Shown here piece by piece: positions 1 through 12,499 of a DNA stretch of 64,000 bases (position 1 is the first letter of the stretch; every line of letters starts with the position of its first letter). Source of the DNA: Eledone cirrhosa (lineage: Eukaryota); the NCBI GenBank assembly GCA_964016885.1, contig OZ024751.1:31496001-31560000 (forward strand). Reading direction: 5' to 3'. A program made the position numbers and the translations under genes. Below the pieces are notes generated by a model. The model was not told where the DNA came from and ran no database searches. It was given only the letters and a program-made list of their open reading frames with translations.

Positions 1-693
1 CTCTCTTATTACTAAAGCTGGTTAAAATAACGATGGTATATATATATATACACACCATTTATGTTAGGAGTTTACCAATGGGTAGAACTGGTAGTTTGGC
101 TTGGTAAACAATGATGGAATAAATAAATTAAAGCACTCAATGTTATGCAAATCATCCATCGTAGGTGTGGTATCCTGTGGCTGGTGCAGGAACAAAGTTA
201 AGTATTCATTAAAACAATAATAGAAGGCCGGACTGGAAAATTTACTTTAGAATTTTAATTCTACGAAAACACTATAGATATTTCGATGGCCCAGCTCTAT
301 TATCTGATTATGATGCAAGACTAGACGGTTTCATTAGGTGTTATTTGTGGAATTATATAACAGGATTATGTTAAACCCAAACAGAGAATAGAAGATATAT
401 ATATATATATATATATATATGATGATGATATACAGAAAAATCAACATACATAGGTGTGTGAGTACATAAGAAAGAGATAGAGAGAGATAATGTGTGAGTG
501 GATGTATGTAAAGTATCCTATATATATATATATAGAAACATTTATCATCATCATCATCATCTTCGTTTAATGTCCATTATCCATGCTAGCATGGGTTAGA
601 TGATATATAGATGAATATAATATGATAGAATAAGGACCAGTTTCAGGTAGTTAGGAATGAAAAAGATTAAAGCTATTTTCTCTTGTGTTTTAG

Positions 694-812
694 GCAGAGA
701 ATGGGAGTCAATTATACCAGAAGATGATCGATTAAGAGTTGAAGAGGAGGAGAAACAAAAGCATATGGTGCAATTGACTTTACCTCCTCGAGTGAGAAAA
801 TCTATACATCAG
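694..812 (+). CDS. CHD1: CHD1 exon ([39 protein letters not shown])
   Basis: tttag acceptor, cag|gtatga donor, conserved WE.IIPE motif. Confidence 0.9.
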
Positions 813-3800
813 GTATGATTAATTGGGTTTATTGTTAATTGTGTGTATATAGAAAGTAGAAGAATGTCTAACTGGGTTTATTGTTCCTATTATAATACTG
901 ATGTATGTATTGACCATGATACTAAGGCTATAGAAGTTCCCATGAGGCTTTGGAGCTTACTTTAAGTTATGGTCACTTCAACTTCTATGTGTGAGAAGTA
1001 CTGAAACATGGCAACTATGTATACCAGGAACCCTTGCATGAGAGGAGTTGACTTCCCCTGCCGGAAACCTTTTTTTATCTGAACATAACTAGAACTTTTC
1101 CTCATTGTTATTTATGTAAACAATGAAATTCTATTATAATGAAATTCACTGAGTATTAAAAAAATTTGTTGTAACGAAAATTTCTTTATAACGAGATCAA
1201 CCAAAGCAAATTGAGCATTTGTTTGTTATTACCTTTGGGGGATCGAAAAAAAATTTGTTATAATGGTATTCGTTATAATGGAATTTTACCTGTAATAGTA
1301 AAATTGTTTAATTATATGTGTGTTAGGAATAAAGTGAGACAAACTAAATAAAGGGTTTTATTTTCTCCCAATAATGTTGAACAGATTCAGATGGATTCTG
1401 ATGAGGAAAAGAAAGGGCGGAAGAAAGAGAAAGATAGAGATGACACAGAAAGTTCTGAAGATGATGACGATGACAAACCTCGCAAAAGAGGTCGACCAAG
1501 GACTGTAAACAGGGATACTATCAAGGGTTTCACTGATGCCGAAGTTCGTAGATTTGTCAAAAGCTACAAGAAGATTCCTGATGCTATCAACAGGTGAATT
1601 TGTTGTTGTTAATTTGAAGGGTAGGGGTGGTAAGTTGGTAGAGTCGTTGAAGTGCCGGATGAAATGCTTTGTGGCGTTTGTTTCAGTTCATTATGTTCCG
1701 AGTTCAAATTCTGTCAAGGACAGCTTTCCTTTTCATCCTGCTGGAGTTGATAAAATAAAGTACCAGTCAAGTACTGAAGTCAATGCAATTGACTTCCCAA
1801 AATTGCTGTCCTCCTACCAATGTTAGAAACAGTTATTTTGAAATAGAATAGCAGTGAGATTAAGGGAGCAATCTAATAATATCAGAAACCATATTTATTA
1901 TTATTATTGCCGAGGTTAACTTTGCCTTTCATCCTTACAGGGTCGATAAAATAAAGTACCAGTAATACACTGGGATAATTGCTGGCCTTGTGCCAAAAGT
2001 AGAAATAATTATTATACTAGTTTACTTGACCAAAATATAAACATGATGGTTTGGTGGTTAGTGAGAGGAAAAATATCTAACGATATCTGATTATGAGACA
2101 TGGATATCTGATTATGAGACATAGATATCTGATTATGAGACATAGATATCTGATTATGAGACATGGATATCTGATTATGAGACATAGATATCTGATTATG
2201 AGACATGGATATCTGATTATGAGACATGGATATCTGATTATGAGACATAGATATCTGATTATGAGACATAGATATCTGATTATGAGACATAGATATCTGA
2301 TTATGAGACATAGATATCTGATTATGAGACATAGATATCTGATTATGAGACATAGATATCTGATTATGAGACATGGATATCTGATTATGAGACATGGATA
2401 TCTGATTATGTGACATGGATTATGAGAAATTGTAAAATATGGAGATTACATGAGGAAGAGGGGCTAACCAAGCTGGGTCTTTTGAAACAATTTAACTTTT
2501 TACTGAGTTAGGTGAAGATATTGAAAATGAGAGTAATTCTGGTGGGGTTAACATATTTTAGCTTCACTGTTTTTTGTTTTGTGTGCAAACAAATCTTAAT
2601 TAAATTTACTCTAAATTACAGATTAGATGCAATATCTCGAGATGCTGAACTGCAAGAGAAATCTGAAACAGATTTGAAACGACTAGCTGAGTTATTGAAA
2701 GAACGCTGTGAAAATGCTATGACTGAACACAGAGAAAGATTGGAAGAGGACCCAAATTTTGAAGGTCAATCTTAACAAAGGCTGAAATATGTCACTTTTT
2801 TCTTCTTTCTTCTTATGGGAATAATTTATTGATTTTTGAAGTCATCCAGGGTTTCCTACATTTTATTTTAATTTTAATTGTGGATTATGGTTTAAACAAA
2901 GTTATTGTTGGACCTGCATTGTTTCCAATGATAAATATTCCAGCTGATTCAGTCAATGGAACAGCTTGCTTGTGAAATTAACGTGTAAGTAGCTGAGCAT
3001 TCCACAGACACATGCATCCTTAATGTAGTTCTTAGGAAGATTCAGTATGATGCAATGTGTGACAAAGTTGACCCCTAAAATTACAGATACAACTCATTTT
3101 TACCAGCTGAGTGGACTGGAGCAACATGAAATAAAGTGTCTTGCTCAAGGACATAGTGGACTGGAGGAATGTGAAATAAAGTGTCTTGCTCTAGGACTCA
3201 ATGGACTGGAGCAATGTGAAATAAAGTATCTTACTCAAGGACACGGACTGGAGGAATGTGAAATAAGGTGTCTTGCTCAAGGACACAGTGGACTTGAGCA
3301 ATGTGAAATAAAGAGTCTTACTCAAAGACACAATGTGTTGCCCAGTCTGGAAATCGAACTCACAAACCAATGACTACAGCTCTAAGCAAAGTATAATTCA
3401 CTAAAACCTATCACTAGTAGTAGTAGTAGTAGCAGCAGTAGTAATAGTAGCCTGCCTCACCATATTTCAAATGCTCTCTAAACATGACAGTCCAAGCATT
3501 CCAGAGGTGTTTCACCATAAGTCTTTAGATGACCAGACAAGAGGTTAACATGTTGTAGCCTTAATTTTCAAGGGTCATGGTTACCTAGATTTATGGTTGT
3601 TGTTGATGTATAGCTCCAGATCAGTCATGTAGATTAGAATCACTGGGTGAAGAATTGCCAGGTGATGCCAGTAGAAAGAAAGTTAGAATGAAGGAAAACT
3701 TAGGCAGAGGTGGTTAGGGCTGAAAATCACAGAGGAAATGGTGAAGGAACACTATCTGTAGGGGATGGTTGTGCTTGGCAGGGCACATCCAAACCTTGCG

Positions 3801-6800
3801 GGCATGGAAAAGTGGATGTAAAGTAATGACGACAACGATGATGATGTTAATAGTTTGGATAACGCTAATATTGTTAATGACAACTCATCTCCGATGTTTA
3901 GATGTTGAGAAACCAGTATTTCAATTTCATATGCAATAATAGTTACAGCAGCTTATTTTTCTCTGTTCTTCCTTTTATAACAGTTGGAAAACGAACACAT
4001 CGGGGCCCTTCATTCAAATTATCTGCAGTCACCGTTAATGCTCAGGCAGTTTTAAAAATACAACAAGAATTGGAACCTTTATCTTCATGTTTGAAAATAA
4101 AAGATGGCAAAAAGATGTAAGTTTATTCACATCAGATTGTTTTTCTAATCAAACAATAGGATGGGAAAGAAAAAACAATTTCAAAACTAAAGACTGTTAA
4201 TGAAATTTGTTAAAGTCTTTCAGCTGTAACGAGGGGTGCATTTTGGGGCAGGCAGATAAGTGAGAGGGTAGGGCATTTGTTTGGTATATGTCTGTTTCTT
4301 AGAATTGATGAAGTAAAATCATTTCTTGGTATCTTTGTGTGTGTAAGTAGATATCTATATCTAGAAATGATGTCCCATTTAACCCATGCCAGCGTGAGAA
4401 AAGTGAATGTAAAAACTGATGATATGTAAACCTTTCTCGATCTCTCATATATATATATATGTATATATATTTAACCCATTAGCATTTACATTACTGTATA
4501 TTTACTATTAAATATTCACTTTATTTCACATAATATCGAATCTATGAGATTTTGATATTATTTATTTTGAGAACAGTATCTTATGAGTGGTTGGTTACAG
4601 CTGGTTTGAACAGAAAGAAGTGAGAGAATTCTGGCCGGATATGGCCAATTTAAATGCTAAATGGTTAATCTATTGTATTTGTATGTGTATATATATATAT
4701 AATAAATAATTGTGATGGTTGTTATTAATTATTTCAGTTATGAAATCAATGGCCGTGTGAAGTTGGTTCACTGGGACTGTATCTGGGAAATTGAAGATGA
4801 CATAAATCTACTTGTTGGCATTTATGAATATGGCGTTGGAAGTTGGGAAGATATCAAAATGGACCCAGAGCTTAATTTACGTGATAAGGTATATTCCCAA
4901 CTCAGTCTCTCCTTCTCTCTAGATATATTCCCAACTCTCTCTCCCTCTTTAGGTATATTTCCAACTCTCTCTCCCTCTCTAGGTATATTCCCAACTCTCT
5001 CTCCCTCTCTAGATATATTCCCAACTCTCTCTCCCTCTCTAGATATATTCCCAACTCTCTCTCCCTCTCTAGGTATATTCCCAACTCTCTCTCCCTCTCT
5101 AGATATATTCCCAACTCTCTCTCCCTCTTTAGGTATATTCCCAACTCTCTCTCCCTCTCTAGATATATTCCCAACTCTCTCTCCCTCTCTAGATATATTC
5201 CCAACTCTCTCTCCCTCTCTAGATATATTCCCAACTCTCTCTCCCTCTCTAGATATATTCCCAACTCTCTCTCCCTCTCTAGATATATTCCCAACTCTCT
5301 CTCCCTCTCTAGATATATTCCCAACTCTCTCTCCCTCTCTAGATATATTCCCAACTCTCTCTCCCTCTCTAGATATATTCCCAACTCTCTCTCCCTCTCT
5401 AGATATATTCCCAACTCTCTCTCCCTCTCTAGATATATTCCCAACTCTCTCTCCCTCTCTAGATATATTCCCAACTCTCTCTCCCTCTCTAGGTATATTC
5501 CCAACTCTCTCTGGATCAAAAGAAATCCAAGGCAGTACATCTGTGTGAGATAACAGGCCACATGTTGCCTAGAGAGGCAGCAATGTTAGACTTAATGGAT
5601 CCCCACACTATTTGTAGCTTTATGGGTCGCCACTATATTTGTTGATTTAATGGGTCTATACTCTATTTATAGATTTAATGGATCCCCACATTATTTGTAG
5701 CTTTAATGGGTCACTGCTATATTTGTAGATTTAATGGGTCTCCATTCTGTTTGTAGATTTAATGGGTGGTTGATGATCCCTTTGTTAAGTTCAACCACCT
5801 TTGTAGATATGTATTCTATTTCGTCCTATCAGGGTATTTGTCTCTTATTCCACGTAACAGGGTCACACCCTTGTGGGGTATTGCTGGTTTAGTTACCAAT
5901 GGCCTGATTGTGAAGCAAGTAGCACTGGTTTTTATAATTCCCAATAGCAGATCATTGGATATCACCTGACATTTATGTTAGTGTTTCACGCTAAAGATAG
6001 TATAACTCTTTATTTTTTCTGATTTTTATAGATTTTACCTGATTCTGACCAAAAACCTCAAGGTAAACACCTTCAAACGAGAGCTGATTATCTCATAAAA
6101 CTTCTGAAGAAGCAAAATGAAGTAATACCTGCTCCCATTACTGTAAGTCTTCAATATTTCTATATTACATCTCTTCTTCACCAAATATTATGTAGTTATT
6201 ATTATCACAAAATATATATATGTCCAACCCATGCAAGCATGGAAAAGTGGACATAAATACAATGATGATAATATATATATATATATATATAGTAGAAGCA
6301 AAATTTCATACATTTAACATGTATGTGTAACCATTAGTTTCGGGGTCCAGTTATGGCCACCACTGTATATTGGAGGAGGCACTTTGATCTTTCATCTACG
6401 GATTTCTACACACACGCACACGCATAGTAGGTCCTGAATCTGAACACCAGCATCCTTGGATATGACATCTAGATCCGAGAGCTTGCTGTGACCCCTTCGT
6501 CTTGACACAGGTGCAGGTTTCCAAAGAACCAAAGAGGACACAACTTGATTTGAGGCCCGATGTCAATGACCAGCAAACCTCACCTAAATTCTATGTAAAA
6601 CATTAGTTATATGTGGTAGACCACCATATATCTCTTGGAGAGTTTTGTGTTCCCTCCAGCTAACACTGAATTTAAACCCAACCTTTTGAACTCCAATTCC
6701 ACCCCAACTAACTCCACAAAAATATTTATAAAGAGTTACTTAATAATTATTTGAAAATATTGGATTAAAATTAAATCTACTTGATGTACCAAATATTGAA

Positions 6801-9272
6801 ATAATTGTTTTGTTGAATTTAAGAAAAAGAGATTCTTTAACCCTTTAGCATTTACTTTACTATTATATTTTTGTGGTAAAGGCTTTATCTCACGTAATAT
6901 GGAATCTACAAGATTTTGATGATGATATTATCTATTTTGAGAACAATACCTTAATGTCAGTATGAGTGGTGGGTTATGGCTGGTTTGAACAGAAAGGTGA
7001 GAGAATTCTGGCCAGATATGGCTGGTTTAAATGCTAAAGGGTCCATACACTTCGGTGTATTTCCACTCATGTTTTTTTACTGATAATTTTCAATTTGTAT
7101 GGAAATTTATCTCTATTTTGAACTCTTGCTGTCAGTATGTCCGTCCATCTGTTTATCTATATCTATCTTCTATCTCCCTACATCTATATCTATCTTCTAT
7201 CTGTCTGTATGTTTTTCCATCCATCTGTCCTATCTATTATGTATATGTGTATATATGTGTGTGTGTATGTATATATAATATATATGTCTTTGTGTATATA
7301 TATATATATATATACATATATGTGTATAAGTGTGTGTGTATGTATGTATATATATATATATGCGTGTGTGTCATCATCATTTTACGTCCTCTTTTCCCTG
7401 CTTGCAAGGGTGGGACGGGTCTTATTCAGCACAGCATCTCTCCACTTGTCACGATCCTTTGTAATCTCCACCGTGAGCTTCAGCGATCTGAGGTCTGTTC
7501 TCACCACCTCCGCCCATGTTTTTCGTGGTCTACCTCTAACACGACTTCCTTCAACTGGCATTTCCTGGCACTTCTTCACCCATCGGTCATCCTCCATGCG
7601 CATCACATGTCCATACCACCTCAGTCTCCTCTCTCACACACTACATTCTAGCCCTCTCAGACAGTTTCTCTCTCAACACATCCATGCTGGGTCGTTCACG
7701 CACATTGACATTGCACATCCAACGGAGCATGCTTGCCTCATTTCTCTCCAGCCGTCGCATATCCTCTGCAGTTGCTGCCCATGTCTCACTACCATGCAGC
7801 ATCGCGCTCCTCACACAGGCATCATACAACCGGCCTTTCGTAAGCAGGGAGAAACCCTTCTTCGTCGGCAGAGGAAGCAGCTCCCTAAATTTCTTCCAAC
7901 ACGTGCTTATTCTAGATACTATGGCCTCGGAACACCCCCCTCCCATGCTAATCTGATCTCCTAGGTACATATTTCTCCCTACCTGTTAGTTTGCCTGCTA
8001 TCCCACTACATCTCTTCTGTACCCAGGATTGGGTGCATTTTATAGAATTTATGCCAGTTCCTTTTCTGCATATCGAACATGTCCATTTCCCTGATGGAAT
8101 CAGAGTTTTGTCCTCTTTTCTACTCGTAAACACTTTTGTCTTAGCTAGGTTCACTCTCTGTGTGTGTGTGGAAAGCCACCTCATGGTACGACAACCAGAG
8201 ATACCAGAGTGTCATGTTTGTGGACGCTACCCCTGGAGGGAAATTAGCTAACCAGTGTAGAAAGGCCCTGAGAAAGACCCACTTAAAAATAAAGGTGGTA
8301 GAAAAGCCAGGAACCACCATAAAATCCCTGATCAGCAAAACCTACCCTTTTAAGAAAACCCACTGTACCAATAGGAAATGTATCATATGTAAGGTGAACT
8401 CCCGGATAAACTGTAAAACTAGAAACGTAGTCTATAGCATAAGATGTACAGAGGGTACTTGCAGAAACATGACAACAACATACATAGGTGAGACAGCTCG
8501 TAGCATAGGTGAAAGGATAGACCAACACTGGGGGGAACTAAAAGGACGAAAAAATGGGTCAGTACTATACGAACATGCTAGACAACAACATGACGGTAAC
8601 ATAGACAACATAGAAATTAGAATAATATCTAAACATAGAAATGACCCAGCAGATAGGCAAATCAGAGAGGCCAGTGAAATAGAAATTAGAAGACCAAGGC
8701 TAAACAGAAAGAATGAATGGAATAACAACAACACCCAAGCAAACAACACTGACCTAAGAGAAGTATAAATAAGTAAGTAAATAAAATAAAATAAATAAGA
8801 TAAATAAATACATACACAAGCACAATAACAACAAGCACATAAACACACACTAGTCACCCATCACACAGCAAACAAAACACTATAGACACATGCAAACGCA
8901 TGCGCAAAGAAGACAAAATAAAATAAACAAACAAGCAAATAAATAAATAAATATATAGACAGACTGAATAAAAATGGCGTAGACATACAATACAACAGGA
9001 GGAAAATATAACACCACTGACGATGTTGCAGATGTGCAACGAAAGATTTATGATAAACTATATATATGTGTTTGTGTCTATATTGTATCTGTATTATTTT
9101 TAACCGTTGGTCAGTCAATGGCAACATTGAGGACCGAGTAAGTTAGATTACCGATATAAAAGACAGCGAGAAGCGAAAACCAACCAAACAGTGAGTGTGT
9201 TCTGTTATTAATTCTGGCAATATTACACAAATATGACCCTCCCCAAGTATAACAATATATATATGTATATAT

Positions 9273-9360
<88 letters not shown>

Positions 9361-9361
9361 G

Positions 9362-9394
<33 letters not shown>

Positions 9395-9535
9395 GTATAT
9401 ATATATGTGTATATATATATGTGTATATATATATGTATATATATGTATATATATGTATATATATGTATATATATGTATGTATATATATGTGTATATATAT
9501 ATGTATATATGTATATATATGTATATATATGTATA

Positions 9536-9578
<43 letters not shown>

Positions 9579-9791
9579 GTATATATATATATATATACTC
9601 TTTCCAAACTATATATGGAACACTTGTGATTATTTATGCCCTTGAGAAGCCCAACTGGGCGAAACGTACGTAGGTGATATTTTAAATAAACATGTTTTAA
9701 CGGTCTATTCTCCGATTTTTACTTTCCCACGTGTATATATGTATATATATATATGTATATATATGTGTATATATATATATATATGTATATA

Positions 9792-9838
<47 letters not shown>

Positions 9839-12466
9839 GGAGGCACATGGCTTAGTGGTTAGAGCATTGGGCTTGCAATCGAAAGGTTGTGAGTTCAATT
9901 TTCAAACCGGGTGATGTGTTGTTTCCTTGAGCAAGACACTTTATTTCACATTGCTCCAGTTTACTCAGCTGTAGAAATGAGATGATAGGACTAGGGTCCC
10001 TATCATTCCACTGCAAAGTGGTCGTGGAGGTGCCACGGCAAAAAAGCACCCAGCCCACACTGTAAATGAGGTTGGTGTTAGGAAGGGCATCCAGCTGTAG
10101 AAATCAAGCCAGAATCAGTTCCCGTCCCACCCTTGCAAGCAGGGAAAGGCGGACATAAAATGCTGCTGCTGATGATGATGATGTTATATATATTCTGTTG
10201 TAATTTGCAGTTGGCCCCTAAGATAAAGAAACAGAGGAAAAAGAAACCCAAGTCAGCTGAAATAGTTGCTGAAATTAATGAAGCTGGTGACATGAGTGCG
10301 AAAGAGGAGACCAATGATAGTTTCCCTGACAGTGTGAAAAGTGGGAAGAAGAAAAGGAAGGATGAGAAAGAAGAGAAGTCTGATGAGAAACAAGATGATG
10401 AAAAGAAAGACGATAAAAAAGAAAAGAAAGAGAAGAAGAAAAAAGAGAAAGTCAGTTTCTTTTTCATTTATTTTGTATTTATTCTTTTACCATCTTCAAC
10501 TGATCCGGCTGGATCCTCAAGTGAGACCAGCCAAGCTCATGGATGTTATCCAACCATCTTGCTTAGAGTCTACTCCTGGCTCTCCTGCCTGTTGGATTTG
10601 CCCGTAAGATCTGGCCAGTGATTCTTTGCTGAGACATTCTAACAACACTAGCCTGTACTATTGGAGCTGTGATCTCTCAATTCAGAGAAGTAGTGGCTCT
10701 ACTTTGAGTGACTCTCTGGTCTCAGTGCTACGCACTCTATCGAGTAATGTTACTCCAAAGACCCTTCAAAGGAGCCTTATTTCAGCTACTTGTATTCACG
10801 TTCATATTCTTTCAGTCATTACCTAAGATTCATGACCACAGATAAGAGTTGACATGAATACTGAATTGAAGATAGCGAGTTTGGCTTTCACACCTATCTC
10901 CCTTCTGATGACCGAATGCAATAATGTGCCAACTTCAGCAATTCTTTTTTAAACTTGTTCCACTCCCATATTTACCAAAAGTTTCTATGATCTTCAATAA
11001 TAATTATAACAGAAATATTTCTGTTTCAAAATTAATGTCCATGAACAATTATCATTTATCTCTGTCTTTCATATCAAAATGAAACCTTTTTTTTCAATTT
11101 GTATTTGATTGTGAAATGAGTCCAACATTGTAAATATAAACTCTCCCTTTCTTTTCTAACATTTCTTTTAGAAAAAGAAAAATGATGGCCCAATGCATTT
11201 CACAGCATCTTCTGAACCTGTTGCCATATCAAAAGAAGCCATGGATGTTGACTTACCTCCAGAGGTGTTTACTGAGGTCAGTTTTGTTGACAATTGAACC
11301 TGGATCAAATTTTTGATATGTGGTCACCTTACCAATCTAGCCTCACTATCTCACCAATCTACCCTCCCTATCTCACCAATCTAGCCTCACTATCTCACCA
11401 ATCTACCCTCCCTATCTCACCAATCTACCCTCACTATCTCACCAATCTACCCTCCCTATCTCACCAATCTACCCTCCCTATCTCACCAATCTACCCTCAC
11501 TATCTCACCAATCTACCCTCACTATCTCACCAATCTACCCTCACTATCTCACCAATCTACCCTTACTATCTCACCAATCTACCCTCCCTATCTCACCAAT
11601 CTACCCTCACTATCTCACCAATCTACCCTCCCTATCTCACCAATCTACCCTTACTATCTCACCAATCTACCCTCACTATCTCACCAATCTACCCTCACTA
11701 CCTCACCAATCTACCCTCACTACTTCACCAATCTACCCTCACTACCTCACCAATCTACCCTCACTACCTCACCAATCTACCCTCACTACTTCACCAATCT
11801 ACCCTCACTACCTCACCAAAGATTCATTACCTCACTAATCTAGTCTCGTCTACTTGACCACTCTAACCTCCATTACCTGACAAACTATCAAACCTAGGCA
11901 AGCATTAAATGATGATGATGATGATTGAGAATGTTATTTTGTTGATGTTAACTCTAGGTCAGCCCACATTGTGCACACCTAGGATTAAACACATTCCAGA
12001 TATGGTCATCTTGTCCTTCTTTCATGCATCGCATACCTAAGACTCCTATTATCTAATGTGTTCTTACCTTTCCAAGACAATGGAATTTGGTTTGAAGCTT
12101 GATTTCACTGTAACCAATCTAGATAGTCTATTTTCCATGCTGGTAATAATCGGATGGGTTGTTTTAAGACTAGACTGATCAGGTGACAATGTTTTGTTTG
12201 TATGTTCCATTTTTAAATGGTTTCTATGGTTGAATGTCTTTCCTAATGTTAACCACTTTACAGAGCATACTGGGTACATTTTAATGTGGTACCAGCACTA
12301 TCACTTTATAAAGTAGCTGGGTGATTTTTATAATGGCATCACTATTACCACTTTACAAAGCATATTGGGTACATTTTATTATGGCACTATTACTACCACT
12401 TTACAGAGTGTAGTGGGTGTATTTTATTGTGACACCAGTACTACCAGTGTATATATATACACACAC

Positions 12467-12499
<33 letters not shown>

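Noticed and set aside
5850-5975. Possible intronic H/ACA snoRNA (ANANNA and ACA present)
   Set aside because: A two-hairpin structure could not be supported by eye.
9143-9673. Tyr/Ile-rich ORFs (also at about 48700, 49700 and 51100)
   Set aside because: Translations of (TA)n microsatellites.
9838-9915. tRNA gene
   Set aside because: A and B boxes are present but no full cloverleaf; it is a SINE head.
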